DNA of 64,000 nucleotides from Octopus sinensis (lineage: Eukaryota): positions 152,086,001-152,150,000 of the forward strand of contig NC_043000.1 in NCBI RefSeq assembly GCF_006345805.1, written 5' to 3'. Both the position numbers and the translations under genes were made by a program. This document shows positions 1-13,554 of the stretch, one piece after another. The notes below the pieces were generated by a model that saw only the letters and a list, made by a program, of their open reading frames with translations, did not search any database and had not been told where the DNA came from. Every line of letters starts with the position of its first letter. The first letter of the stretch is position 1.

Positions 1-1301
1 AAGTTCCCCTTGTCTAATTTCCATTTGAACCTCTTGTCTTGCCAACATGTTTTACGAAGCTTGTGAAGTGCATGAACATCACAACTTCGTATTGTCTTAG
101 GCTTCAGAATCTTTATATTTATTATTATATAGGTAATAGGTACCGAAGCCTTTCTAGGTATGGAAAATTCCTTTAAGTTCGAATTTCCCCTGGGTATAGT
201 TTTAATGACCCGGTGAGCACATCGTAATTTACCACCGTTACGTCGATGTATTCTAGCTAGTAGAGACCGTAATGCGGTTTCGATTCCCTTCTAAAGCAAC
301 TTTATTACTTATGTCGTTAGAAAATTCCTTGACATCTCGTTTTCCCGATACCCTGAGTATGAGAGTATGTTTGATAATTGTCATTTTGTCATTTCATTAA
401 TTAGGTTTTAACTTTTGCTTTTTATCAAGTGTGAAGCACATTTTTATAGTTAGAAACATGGGCAGATAAAAATTGATTTTCGAACTAGAATATACATGTG
501 TGTTACGGTTAAAAAGTTACGATTTTCTTCCAGAAGTGATACATTCTACTTTTCATTTTTACACGAAAAGGAAGATTGTGTGTGTGAAAAGAGGGAACAG
601 CAATTGTCTCACACATACGAGGAAAAAAAATGCAAGGGAATGTTAGACATTTGTTAGTATTTAAATACATTGCAGTTAAAATGAATGTATTTTTAAAATG
701 TGAGCTTCACGAGGAAATGACTAACCCATGACATTTGATTTTGAGGAAGAATATAGTAGAAGTTCAGTGTTTTGGAAAGGCTGCACACACTCGAGAGAAA
801 AGCATTAGCCACATCATTTCCACCAATTTTTTGTGCCTACTTTTCCATGCGTTTTGCATGTATTACAACACATTCCTACACATTTTAAGATGTCATTTCT
901 TCTGTGAGGTGTACAATTTTAAGATGTCCTTCTTTTCTGCATTTCTGCAGGTTCCCTTGATTTGATTATTGTATTAATAGCTTCCCCTGCAAGCAGGTAG
1001 CTGGCTTTATGTTGCAATCCTACCTCTCACAACTCAGGCATGCCATGTCTTAATTCTACAGATATATTTGGTAGGATTTTCATAACTGAATAAATACCCT
1101 TCCTATTGTCAGATGGTGGCTAGTATTGAGGTATTTGTAAATAGTAGGTTTAACAAAACTTACATTTTCACACTTATTATTATGCATTATTCAGTTTTAA
1201 TGTCAGGAAAAGTTATTTAAGGTTTCTGCAAATATTTGTTTTGTATCTTAGGTTATTGGTGAGCACTGTTAAATGGTTGACCAGTAAATTCTTAACAACT
1301 A

Positions 1302-1723
1302 CATTCGAGTGTGATCGTTACCAGTGTCAACTTACTGGCACTTGAGACCCGTGCTAGTAGGGTGCTAAGAGCATCACCTGAGCTTGATCGTTGCCAGAGT
1401 GGCTAACTGGCCTCCAAGCCAGTGGCACGTAAAAGGCACCATTTGAGCGTGATCGTTACCAGCATCGCCTTACCGGCACCTGTGCCGGTGGCATGTGTAA
1501 AAAGATTCGAGCGAGGTCGTTGCCTGTGCCGCCTGACTGGCGCCCGTGCCGGTGGCACATAAAAGCACCCACTACACTCTCGGAGTGGTTGGCGTTAGGA
1601 AGGGCATCCAGCTGTAGAAACTGCCAGATCAAGATTGGAGCCTGGTGCAGCCATCTGGTTCGCCAGCCCTTAGTCAAATCGTCCAACCCATACTAGCATG
1701 GAAAGCGGACGTTAAACGATGAA
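1302..1723 (+). mobile_element. RTE family C 3'-UTR copy with hairpin tandem units
   Basis: Repeated gtgccggtggcacrtaaaaagcacc units, then gagtggttggcgttaggaagggcatccagc...ggacgttaaacgatga. Confidence 0.85.
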
Positions 1724-2067
1724 CAATAGTTTACTACTCTATCACTTTATGTTAATGTCTTCTATAAACACTTTATTAATGTCTCCTATAAACAAACTGT
1801 CTCCTCCAGCAGATTAATGTGCACAAACCATTGGAGTAAAACACCTTCCTTGAAAATACGTTAAGATTTGGTATGAGGGAAGACTTTCAGCAATTGAATA
1901 CAGCCTCAACAATTCTAGTCCAATTCATGCTGCATAGAGAAAAAAAATTTTAAACCGTGATAATGATGACAACCAAATAAAACAATTGATATAGTTGTCA
2001 TGAGTTTCATTAACAAGGTTAGACTTAATTATAAATCTACTGTTTATAACATGAATTTAACTTTGTT

Positions 2068-2770
2068 CATCATCATCATCATCGTTTAACGTTTGCTTTC
2101 CATGCTGGCATGAGTTGGACGGTTTGACTAAGGACTGGCAAGCCAGGAGGCTGCACCAAGCTCCAGTCTGATCTGGCAAGGTTTCTACTGCTGGATGCCC
2201 TTCCTAATGCCAACCACTCCAAGAATGTAGTGGGTGCTTTTTATGTGCCACTAGCACAGGGGTCAGTTAGGGACACTGGCATTGACCATGCTCGAATGGT
2301 GCTTTTTACGTGCCACCTGTATGGGAGTCAGTTAGGTGGCAATGAAATATAACTTTGCATTATAGTACTCCATGCTGGTGCCACATAAAGTACACCCACT
2401 ACGCTCTGTAAAGCTGTTGGTGTTAGTAAGGGCACCCAGTCATAGAAACCATGCCACAACAGACAACTGGAGCCTGATGCAGCTTCTATCAAACTGGCCA
2501 ACCCATGCCAGCATGGAAGACAGATGTTAGATCCTCATCATCGTTTAACGTTCACTTTACGTACTGGTATGGGTTGGATGGTTTGACATAGAGCAGAGAG
2601 CTCTCCGGACTCCATCCGTTGTGACATGGTTTCTACAGTGGAAAATCCCTTCCTAATGCCAACCCCTTAACAGAATGTGCTGGGTGCTTTTTATGTGTCG
2701 CCGTCACATGTGCTTTTTAAATGGCACCCGCACCTGGAAGGACAAACCTGTATGTGTGGAAGACTGATTT
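2068..2770. mobile_element. Cluster of three family C copies (- 2068-2345, + 2372-2530, - 2535-2770)
   Basis: Same terminal module in alternating orientation. Confidence 0.75.
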
Positions 2771-3484
2771 TATTTAGTTTGACATGTCTTATCAAGTACA
2801 GCAAATCACCCACCACATCTCCCAATCCCTTGTCCTGACTCATAGAATACAATTATGTGAAGAGGAATTTCATTTGTTTTGAAGTTGATCATGTTTTCAC
2901 TCACATATAATGCCTAGTGAGTCATAATTTTATTCACCATTGAAGTATTTGTGAACAAGCATCACTCTTTGTTATAGAATTTTATATCTATAAAAACACT
3001 TATGTCTCTTACAATTTATGGTTCCACACCAACTGCTTATATCTCTTTTAAATTGACTTAAAGATTATATCTAGAACATTCTATTATCACAGTGCAATCA
3101 ATTTAAAAGCTATTAATTATTGAATGAAAATGGAGAGTATTGCTAGACATGGACAAATTTGATATGCCAACAAAAACCCTTTGATGTAGTAAGATTTTCA
3201 ATTTGGGGATAAGGGGTTTTAAGTATTTCCTTACAAACTAGAGCTTTTGTACCTACGCACTGGACCTAACATAGTAAACAGTATATAAGCTTGTGTAATT
3301 TTTGGTTATGCTTTGAAATGGCTATAAGCAGCTTATGTGAAAGCACCTGATACAATATATTAAGATTCATGCTAGACACCAGTCAACATGATTTTTTTTT
3401 TTTTTTTAAATGAGACATAGATACATTTTTACAGAATTTAATTTAATGGCCCCTTGAATCACTTCATTTCTGCCATCTGCTAAT

Positions 3485-3672
3485 TGTGCCGGTGGCATGT
3501 AAAAAGCACCCACTACACTCACAGAGTGGCTGGCGTTAGGAAGGGCATCCAGCCGTAGAAACATTGCTAGATCAGACTGGGCCTGGTGCAGCCTTCTGGC
3601 TTTCCAGACCCCAGTTGAACCGTCCAACCCATGCCAGCATGGAAAACGGACGTTAAACGATGATGATGATGA
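3485..3672 (+). mobile_element. RTE family C 3'-UTR copy
   Basis: Terminal module plus (GAT)n tail. Confidence 0.85.
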
Positions 3673-5625
3673 ATTGTATTAGCTTGTGATTTTAATTTTA
3701 AAGCTATAATGGCTGAAGAACAAAAATCTTCATTTATAAGAGTCCTTTATACAAGGACTGCATCCAAATATAGTAGGGATCAGATTACTTGAGAATAAAA
3801 CCATAACGCTAAACATGGGACAAGCTTAATTCAATGCAGAATCGTAGCAAATACCTGTTGCTTCTATGGGACTCATATTAATAAGGAAAATCGAAACAGT
3901 GAATTTTGAACAACCTGTCGCAGTAAACCCTACAGCTTAGAGAATGTGACTTTTCTGTAATTTGAGATTCACCCTCATGCTTTTTATCTTACCAAAATTG
4001 CTTTTGAAATTAAGAAAGGCTATGACACTGGGCTATTGTATCTCTGTGACAACTTGGGATATCCAATCTGAATCTATTTTTCTGATAGCTATGTGTTCTC
4101 TTACTTGGTCCCTTACACCATATGATAATAAATACCATTTTCGAAATTTTTTGAATAAATTATTGGATCAAAACATTTTTCTGTGTGGTCTTATTAAACA
4201 AGGAGCCAAAGAACCTACTAAATTTTTCAAAAGCTCACTTCAAATGTGTTGCAACCAAACCTTACCAATTAAATGTAGAATGTAAAGAATTTATATATTC
4301 ATAAATTTCAAAACTTTTAGAGTATCCTACAACCAAATATTTTCCATGGTATGTACAGGTTTTGGTTGTCACTGGCAATTTCTGAAATTGCCAGTGAAAA
4401 CCAACTATTTTATAGATCTTGACACTTATCCAATTTCCCGTATAGATTATCTAGTCAGTGATGTATTGCAGCATAAAATGTTATAAGATCTTTGTAGTGC
4501 CTATCAAGTTGTTATAATGTCCAAGGAGTGACCAGCTTTTTATGCAGCTGGTGATTTGTATTGATTTAACAAAGTTTCTAAAGATATTACAAAGCATTTA
4601 GCAAAATAATCTTAAAATACCTTTTTATATTTGAATAATGTTTTTAGTCAGTGATGAAATAAATATAAGCATCTTACAAATTTCTTTAAAACTATAAAAC
4701 ATGATAATTTGGCTTTAGGTAAAAATAAACGTATCTAACTTCTTTGGTTGTTTGATTTTTACATTGAGAATTATATGCTGATGCAGAACACCTTTAACCT
4801 TGAGCTATTTATAGCCTAAAATAGTAAAGGGGCTTGATACTTGGCATGTTATTCCAAAACAGATCTTTTTATCTGAGGATGCTGCAAAATGTGTCCATTT
4901 TATTGAAATTAAACCAGCTCTGACGACCAGCACTAATATGCTTTTTGTGTTGAGGTGGATGATATTGATAAAATTATTAACACTTTTCTCAAGGTCCTCA
5001 ATTCTGTAAATGATAATAATAAAAACTAGATTGTTACAAAAAAGCTTGTACAATTATATAAGCTGTAAAAACATAAAATTCTACACCAGAGGATTTAACC
5101 TTTCTCCTCTCTCATACACTATAAACAATTAACCCAGCTTATTGTATCTGTCAGCTAATCAAATCTCTTGTACTTGTGCTACTACTTCAACAACTATTAA
5201 TTTAGAATTATTGCTCAATTGTTTTTTTTTATAATACTCTGGTATAAGAAGAATACCTTGTTTTGTAAAAGTTGAATTACAGCAAGTGTGCACAGATTTC
5301 CATGTATATAATAAGATTAAGCCTGACTTATGATCCAAAAGTACTTCTTACAAAGGCTGTTATTGGACCCTTGTTAACTTAAAAGGACCTCTTCAGCATT
5401 CTAATAATTTAAAATGTATACTTTGTACAATTAACAAATGTTCTCATAACCATTCCCTTACATACGTTCATTTTTCCATACTGGCATGGTTGGACAGCTT
5501 GTCATGGTTGTGATTTCTTATTCAGTCCTCCTAACCAGTTGGGGGACCTCTCTTATTTGTACTGTCAGTTTTTGGCATAGTTTGTACAGCCAGATATTTT
5601 TGCTATCACCAACCATTCTGTAGAG

Positions 5626-5844
5626 CAGTGCTTTTCAACCTTTTTGCTGGAGCGGAACCCCAAGAAAACATTTCACTGGCTCGAGGAACCCCTGTGCAAT
5701 AATTTAATAGTCTTATGCACACATATCTGCACAGGAGAATTAAAAATTACTGTCGATTTTAGCATTTTTGTAACTTCTTGTGGAACCCCTGGACTGTACT
5801 GGCGGAACCCTAAGGTTCCACGGAACCCTGGTTGAAAACCACTG
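5626..5844. mobile_element. hAT (Charlie-like) MITE
   Basis: TIRs cagtgcttttcaacc / ggttgaaaaccactg and a perfect 8-bp TSD ctgtagag (5618-5625, 5845-5852). Confidence 0.92.
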
Positions 5845-6244
5845 CTGTAGAGTATACTCGGTGCATTTTATTGTAACATCAGCACTAGAGAAGTTGTCTT
5901 TTCCTTGGCAAGACTAGATTGTTCTTCCTACTCTATTGTCTCTATTCATTTGTTAACTGGACCATTGAGATTATCTCATCTCTGGTAAACTGTAGAGAGA
6001 TCCTCCTTTCTTTGTATTGCCTTTATTCATTCCATTCTCTTCCACAACTGGATGTGTAGAGAGAGACATTTTCTATTACGCTATTACATTACTGATAACA
6101 GGGTTAGGTAGACTGTGGGGGCACTGCTCCGCAGCCGGTATGCTGCAGGACACTGGTGTGCCACGAGACAAATGTCGTGTGCTTTCCCTATACTTTGAGT
6201 TACATTTTTAGTTTAGGTGTGCCGCCGAATTTTGAAAAGAATAT

Positions 6245-6435
6245 CATCATCATCATCGTCGTTTAACGTCCGTTTTCCGCGCTAGCATGGGTTGGACAGT
6301 TCGACTGGGGATCTGGGAAGCCAGGGGCTGCACCAGGCTCCAGTCTGATCTGGCAGTGTTTCTACAGCTGGATGCCCTTCCTAATGCCAACCACTCCACG
6401 AGTGTAGTGGGTGCTTTTTACGTGCCACCGGCACA
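6245..6435 (-). mobile_element. RTE family C 3'-UTR copy with a 28-bp flanking duplication
   Basis: gtgtgccgccgaattttgaaaagaatat at 6217-6244 and 6446-6473. Confidence 0.88.
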
Positions 6436-7122
6436 GTTTTTTGTTGTGTGCCGCCGAATTTTGAAAAGAATATGTGTACTGCAAATAAAAAAAAAAGGTT
6501 GGGGAGCACTGGACTGAAGGGGTCTTGGTGCAAAATGCAATATGAAGAATATCATTCATCTTTCTGGTACAAAAATCGAAAGATACTCGTATGTACCTTC
6601 CACTGCTGGAAAATGTTATACGTATTTCTTTAATTTTGGAATAATATTGTTTATTCGTTCAGATAGAAGTGGGGTCTCCTTCGACTCTGCCAAGTTGAAA
6701 CAATTCCTAAATAGCCATGGGATTTCTACACGCTCTACAAATCGATATAACGTCTTAATGAATTAACCTGACGAAAGGTATAATGGGATTTGAATTTTGT
6801 GGAGTTTATAAAAAAGTTATGTCCCCTTGTGTCTTGTGGCAGCATATTCATTATATATATGTAAGGTGGGGGGTTAATTCAGCCATGCAGCTGCGGTCAT
6901 GTATATAATCTTTTAAATTGATTAAAAGATTAAAATCTTGAACTTCTTTATGACAACAATCTTATCTGGTTGGGTAGTTTTCATACCTAGTGTTAGTGCA
7001 GGGAGTTAACCAAATTTTTTTATGGAGTAACCTTTCTGGGGCAGATGGAGTGAAAGACTGCTTATATAATAAAATGAGTCTTGAAAACAATGCTTACTTA
7101 ACGATAACTATCATGTAACTAA

Positions 7123-7633
7123 TCTATATATATATAAAACTGTAGTTGTGTGAGTGTCTGTCTCCTACGATTTAGATTCCTTAACTACTCCCACATTTTG
7201 CGGTGCAGTTTAACCAAATTCGGGTATCTTATAGTCGTGATTCATATCGAGCCCGTCTGGCCATTAGCGCGCGTCTACGATGAGTCTACGATTTTAAAAA
7301 TAATTTAACATTATTTTTTATTCCATTTTAATGCATAATTTTTCTTGTGTCGATGGTGGCGGAGTTGGCGTCCACGCTCACAGCTGCACCTGTTTGCTTC
7401 TCCCCCTTCTTCACAGTGAAGCTGTGGGGAAGGGAGTGTAAGGAAATCAATGTCGTAAAGCGTTGTCAAGGAGACCAGTGTTCTTTTAGAACAACGACTT
7501 CATGGCTTGAAGACACCAAAACAGAAATGGCTAAGAAAGCCCGAATTGGCATCTATAAGGGAAGTAACTCTCTAAAAATGCTTATATAGTTATTTCCCTT
7601 ACAAACCCGAGCAACGCCGGGCGATACTGCTAG
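7123..7633 (+). mobile_element. Non-autonomous Helitron-like element
   Basis: 5' TC, 3' CTAG, GC-rich subterminal cccgagcaacgccgggcg hairpin, inserted at A^T with no TSD. Confidence 0.8.
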
Positions 7634-8626
7634 TCAGGAATATTATTCTCATGTGAAGAGAACCTAAAGTAATGCTGAGATGGACAAGGTTGTTGAAAAG
7701 AAGTCATTTACCTGCTGTTGATCATGACAGGCCTTTGTTTTGTTTTTGTTTTTTTTGGCTGAGTCATATACCTGATTAATTTTTTTTCCTTTTTGTCAAG
7801 ATAGCACGTGAATGGGGAAAATATATTGGTGGTTAAGCAATATGAATTGTGTGATATTTAACCATTTTTCTAGGTAATATATTTAGTATCAAAATATACT
7901 ACCCATGTTTCAGTTAATTTTGAAAATAATCAAGAGATTGGATGAATTTAGTAAACTAATTGACTTTTAAATTAAGATTGTGATTCAAAGATAGATTATA
8001 TAGTCATTTAGTGAAATGCTACTTTTGCATTTTTTCCCAATTAAAATCACTTTCTTTTTAACAACAGGTCAGACAAATCTGTTGAGGCAGATTTTCTATG
8101 GCCTGATTCCCTTTCTGTCACTAATCCTTAGCTGTTTCCGAGGAAGGTAATATTTTCCCATGCCTTGATACATCCTTCATGGAAGATTGGAAATGAACGA
8201 CATTACTTGTATGATGTTGATGCTAATTTACAACCATTGTGTGATGTCAAGACCAGGATGGACACACTGACACACACACACATACATATATGAAGGGCTA
8301 CTTTTAGTTTCTGGCTAAATTAGAAGACTAAGATGTTGTGTTGTGGGATTGAACCCAAAGCCACATGGTTGGGAAGCAAGCTTCATAACTAAACAGTTGA
8401 ATTCAAGATATTATTTCGAAGTCATTTTACACCAGAAGTTTGTGTGTGTAAACAGATGTATAAAAAATTTCTTGTGAGTGTATAGTATAGTATAGTGCAG
8501 TGTATGTATGTACGTATGCATGTATAGGTAATATGTGAGCACTATTTCCATTTCAAACAATATTGAGATTATGTATAAAAAATAGAATTTAGAAACTTTA
8601 ACCCTAAAATATTCCTAGCTTATTAA

Positions 8627-8846
8627 CCCTTTCGTTACTGTATTTATTTTGAGATGCTCTGTGTTTCTTTCAATTACTTTAAATATAACAAAGAATTTAT
8701 TAAAATAACTTTGTTATCATTCAGTTAGTGTTAGGAATGTAAATTTTGACTAAGGATCGGTGGAATATTTTAATTCAAAACTTATGAAAACAAGACATTT
8801 TACCACAGAGCCAGAGGCGGTTTTGGCCGGGTTAGTAACAAAAGGG
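8627..8846. mobile_element. piggyBac-like MITE (family 1)
   Basis: TTAA|CCCTTTCGTTAC...GTAACAAAAGGG|TTAA. Same family as 34168-34387 in the opposite orientation. Confidence 0.85.
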
Positions 8847-9003
8847 TTAAATCCTAAACCTTAATGGGTTTTTCTTTTTTTTGTTGTGATTTTGATTTAT
8901 ATCCCTAAAAGAAAACTGAAATTTTAGATATCAATTATATAAAATGATTTGTAATATTTGACCTGTATAAAATGCCTTTAACAAAAAGATTGTTTCACCC
9001 AAG

Positions 9004-9083
9004 GAGGATTTGGAATGGAATGACTATGAACAGGAAACCGAAAAGGATTATTCTGGCTTGAGGATACAAAATCTACAACTTAA
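9004..9083 (+). CDS. CDV3: CDV3 homolog, internal coding exon (first visible)
   Basis: Acceptor ttgtttcacccaag, donor aa|gtatgc (phase 0 to 2). Translation EDLEWNDYEQETEKDYSGLRIQNLQL matches the recalled CDV3 motif DEWKE..QKEVDYSGLRVQAMQI. Confidence 0.88.
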
Positions 9084-9814
9084 GTATGCTTTCTCTTTTA
9101 TCTATTGTGCTTTTAATTATAATCATAATTTTTATGTTATTTTGCCATGTTTATTCTATGAATATTCAGCAAAGCATCTCCTGACTTGTTGGAGTTATTT
9201 GCTGTTACCTTTGTGAGTTTCAGCCCTTTGTGACTCTATTTCACCACTTCTTCCCATTTCTTTTTCTGCAGGTTCCTTCCACTTAAATTTTTTTTTTGTA
9301 CATCTCTACACTTCTATCATTTTCCATATGCAACTTGTTTGTCTCCGCAGTCTTTTCTCTTGCATTCTACATCTGCTTCATCTCGCACCTACTTTTCCTT
9401 TCAGTTTATTTGTGTGCTCCTTTGTTCACGCACACTAACATTATACATTCAACAGGGCACGTGTACCTCATTTCTTTCCAACCTTCACGTATCCTCTGCA
9501 CTCAGCACTCAAGTTTCACAACATGCAACATTGAATAAGCGTCATACAAAATCTGCCCTTGTTGACAACCCTTTTGTGTGCAGCAAAAGTGATAACTCCC
9601 TGAAGTTTTCACCTCTTCTTACTCTGGCTGCTATGCTTTCAAAACACACACTTCCACTGCTGTTTAGGTCACCCAAGTAGCACAGGCTATGAATTACTAC
9701 AAGGGAGCTTTCTAAGCATTAAAAAAAAAATTTTATGGATATGCTTACTGATAAAAATCCTGTCAGGTGTTTTCATTGCTTTTATATCCATAATTGTTTT
9801 ATTAACCATGTCAC

Positions 9815-10128
9815 CTTACTAGCACTTGTGCTGGTGGCACATGAAACATTCGAGCGAGGTCGTCGCCAGTGCCACTGGACTGGCTCCCGTACAGGTGGCA
9901 CGTAAAAAGCACCATTTGGGTGTGGCTGTTGCCAGTACCACCAAACTGGCCCTGGTGCCATTAGCACGTAAAAGCACCCACTACACTCTCGTAGTGGTTG
10001 GCTTTAGGAAGGGCATCCAGCTGTAGAAACTCTGCCAGATCAGATTGGAGTCTGGTTCACCAGCCCTCAGTCAAATCGTCCAACCCATGCTGGCATGGAA
10101 AGCGGACGTTAAAGGTTGATGATGATGA
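9815..10128 (+). mobile_element. RTE family C 3'-UTR copy
   Basis: Three hairpin units plus terminal module. Confidence 0.85.
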
Positions 10129-11789
10129 AGACTGTCATTAACTTTACCTGATCCCTGTGTTGAGTCAGCTTGGACTAATTCTTCCCTCTTTCTCTCTCCC
10201 ACACATTGACCTACATGTTTCTTTCTTCTTGACATCAGTAAGGACAAGGGCTCATCTACAATTCTATACACACTTTTCCCCAATGACATTTTGATTAGCA
10301 CTGACACTGCTTTCTACATTGTGTGGTGCCACATAAAAAGCATCCAGTACACTTTATGGAGTGATTGGCATTAGAGAGGGCATCCAGCTGTACAGACCAT
10401 GCTGGAGCAGGCACTTTCTCAAATGTATTTCCATGGAAGTGTTTGTAATAGTATTTACATTACCAGATTTACAAGCACTCTAAGCTAAAATTAAAATTTG
10501 ATAGAATGGTTGTATACTGTCAATCTAACACGAACGTGACAGTAGGGGGTTACACCACCGCTGTTTAGCCCTAGGAAGCATCGACGCCTCCTGATGGCTT
10601 TGACACATTTTTCCTGTGTCCTTATATACGAGAGATTTAGAAATTTAGTATTTCTGAATTTGATATAGTTCTAGGTTTATTATTTGATATACTGTTAGGG
10701 TGCCATCTACATAAAAATCAATCCAAGCTAGCTTTTTTAGTTACTAGATCTAACATACTATCTTTGACAAACTTTTTTACATTTTAGCTGAACACATTGT
10801 AATTATTTCTGATTGAGGCACGATACTAGCAGGTTTGAAAAGTAGGAGTTAGTCAATACAATTGACTTCGATAACATTTGTACTCAAAATGTATAGAGCA
10901 GGGCATTTTTCTCATGCTCTAATGATTCGGTCAGCTCTGTATTATAATAATAATACTTTCAAATTTTGATTTATGGCCTAAAGATTTGAGGGGAGGTGGC
11001 AAGTCGATTACATTGATCCCAGTACTTGATTGGTATTTTATCATCCTCAAAAAGATGAAAGGCAAAGTTGATGGGATTTGAACTCAGAATGTGAAAAAAA
11101 ATAGCGTGAGGTATTTTGTCCTTTGTTCTAGCTATTTTGTAAATCCATCACTTGAATATGTAGGCACTCGACCTGTTTAGCCCAAACTCTTTCAAACAAC
11201 ATTCTAAACTATAATTGGAAAAAACACATTGGATGAATGTAATCAAATGTATTGATGTGATGCTGGACTGGTTATATCTGCCCACTGTGTAGCAAATTCT
11301 TATGTGGACCATGTCATTGGTCATCCAAATAAACTGAATTGTGTAATGTAAAGTCTATTAGCTCCAGAGACTCTTACACTCAGTTGGTGCTGTTTTAGAA
11401 GCTGCTATAATACATGAGATTTTTTTCAACTGCTCAAATTGCCAGTAATGGTCTGCAAAACCGACAACTCATTTGTGGAGACCTTAAATTCATACCTTAC
11501 TAGAAAATCATTCAAATTTGTACCAGAAGGACGTCGGTATGAATTAAACTCTTTAAATGTCATATATGCCCTTGCATTTATATTTTCATCTCACTGGTAA
11601 ATATTATTGAACTTTTTAGTAATTAGCTTCTCCCAATTTTCTTGATGACTTGGTGAGTTTTAAAATTTATGAGACATTCACAAACATTTTAGGGAGATGA
11701 AGACTGTAGGCCCGTTTGTTTTACTGCAAGTCTCTTCACCGAGACCAGACTTTAAATCTTGACACCATGGTTGATTCTCATCTTTCACA

Positions 11790-12015
11790 TGAGCTGGCAG
11801 AAACGTTAGCACGCCGGGCGAAATGCTTTGCAGTATTTCGTGTGTCGTTACGTTCTGAGTTCAAATTCCGCCGAGGTCGACTTTGCCTTTCATCCTTTTG
11901 GGGTTGATAAATTAAGTACCAGTTACGCACTGGGGTCGATGTAATTGACTTAATACCTATGTCTGTCCCTGTTTGTCTCCTCTGTGTTTAGCCCCTTGTG
12001 GGCAGTAAAGAAATA
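11790..12015 (+). mobile_element. tRNA-derived SINE family B
   Basis: gagctggcagaaacgttagc (A box), gagttcaaattcc (B box), body ttcatcctt..gataaattaagtaccag..ctggggtcgatg. Confidence 0.85.
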
Positions 12016-12597
12016 CATATACTCGGATGTTGTCTTGTTAAATTACTTTATTTTTATTTATTTATTTTTGTTATTTACTATTTACCAATAACAGTCGAGC
12101 CCCCGAAATATTTCTCATTATAGGAAAGTGTAAATGGCTTTGTCAAAAGTTTATAGCGATCAAGTGTTTTATCTATTAAACATATAGTTCTCATTCCAAG
12201 GGAGGTAACTCAGTATTAACACATAGTCTTGGCGTACGAAATTAAAAAGAACTTCGTCACCCAGCTAATTATCTAACACTTTATTGCGCTGCTAATTGCC
12301 TGTCAGAAATGTCATTAAATCACAACTATGCACGAATGAACTGCGCTCGATTCAGTCGTCATCACAGCAAGCTGATTTGGCTATTTCTTGCAGCCAAATC
12401 TGAATAAGGAAAGGACACAGTGTATAATTTACTTTGATATGCCTTTTAAAAAACATGGGATGGTTACGTCTTGAATAATTTTTTCATCCGAGGCTAAATG
12501 AATGAAAAGGTATGTATATAATTCGTCTTAGTATGTAAAATATACATCAAACATTACAAAACTTAAAATTTTTTTATCGAAATTGAACCAAATCTTT

Positions 12598-13021
12598 TGA
12601 CTGGCACCCGGCAGTTGCCAGTGCCGCTGGACTGACCCCTGTGCAGATGGCTTGAGGAGACCTATTGAGTCAAGTACATCAACATCAAAAATCAATGGAA
12701 ATTGTAATTGCGATCCCTGTGCCAGTGACACGTAAAAGGCACCATCTGAACGTGGCCAATGTCAGCGCCGTCTTGACTGGCTTCCGTGCCGGTGGCACAT
12801 AAAAAGCATCAAGTGATCGTGATCGTTGCCAGCCTCGCCTGGCACCTGTGTTGTTGGCACGTAAAAAGCACCCACTACACTCTCGGAGTGGTTGGCGTTA
12901 GGAAGGGCATCTGGCTGTAGAAACACTGTCAAATCAGACTGGAGCCTGGTGCAGCCTTTTGGCTTCCCAGATCCCCGGTCGAACCGTCCAACCCATGCTA
13001 GTATGGAAAACGGACGTTAAA
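12598..13021 (+). mobile_element. RTE family C 3'-UTR copy
   Basis: Units plus terminal module, includes a catcaaaaatcaatggaaattg segment. Confidence 0.85.
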
Positions 13022-13097
13022 CATATTCAGAATTTAATGTTATGTGAAATTTGTTTTATATATAAAAAAAAAAAAATTGTAATTAGCTTTTGCCTGT

Positions 13098-13345
13098 TGG
13101 GGCCTAGTAGTTAAAGTGTTGCACTTACTATTTTGCAATCACGGTTTCGATTCCCGAAACGGGTGGTGAATTCTGTTCTTGAGAAAAGCACTGCATTTCA
13201 CGTTGCTCCAGTCCACCCAGCCGTGGATGAGTGAGCCTACGACGGACTGGCATTCCGTTTAGTGGACATATTGTGATCTCGGTCATTTATATACCATGGA
13301 AACCGAGTAACTTGTCCTGTAAGTCCTAGGATTCGAGACTACCTA
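13098..13345 (+). mobile_element. Degraded CORE-type SINE
   Basis: ggtttcgattccc B box and ttcttgagaaaagcact..ttcacgttgctccagtccacccagc. Confidence 0.65.
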
Positions 13346-13554
13346 CCTTTGGTTGTTGATATCAGTTTATTTCACCTGCAAAAGCATGATTTACTTCCCT
13401 TGGATTCTGGCTCCAGTGGAATGGTGACTAACGCCACTTCGTACACACTTTTCACGGGACAGCATTTAAAGTTGGTTTTAAAAAGAAATGACCCTTCTTA
13501 CAGATATTTCTAGCAAAATGTCTATAATCGAGCATCGTTAGGAGAAATAAGAAT

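Noticed and set aside
4805-5053. 82-aa minus-strand ORF with an acceptor-like ttacag
   Set aside because: No recognisable protein similarity or matching donor and partner exon.
1-9003. First coding exon of CDV3 (expected LDDFFAKKDK-like motif)
   Set aside because: I could not find such a frame. It is probably upstream of the window. The acceptor-like ttctgcag at about 950 has no convincing reading frame.
12600-13021. Family C tandem units as a CRISPR-like array
   Set aside because: Eukaryotic context. The units are degenerate, the inter-unit sequences are related to each other rather than unique spacers, and no cas genes are present.
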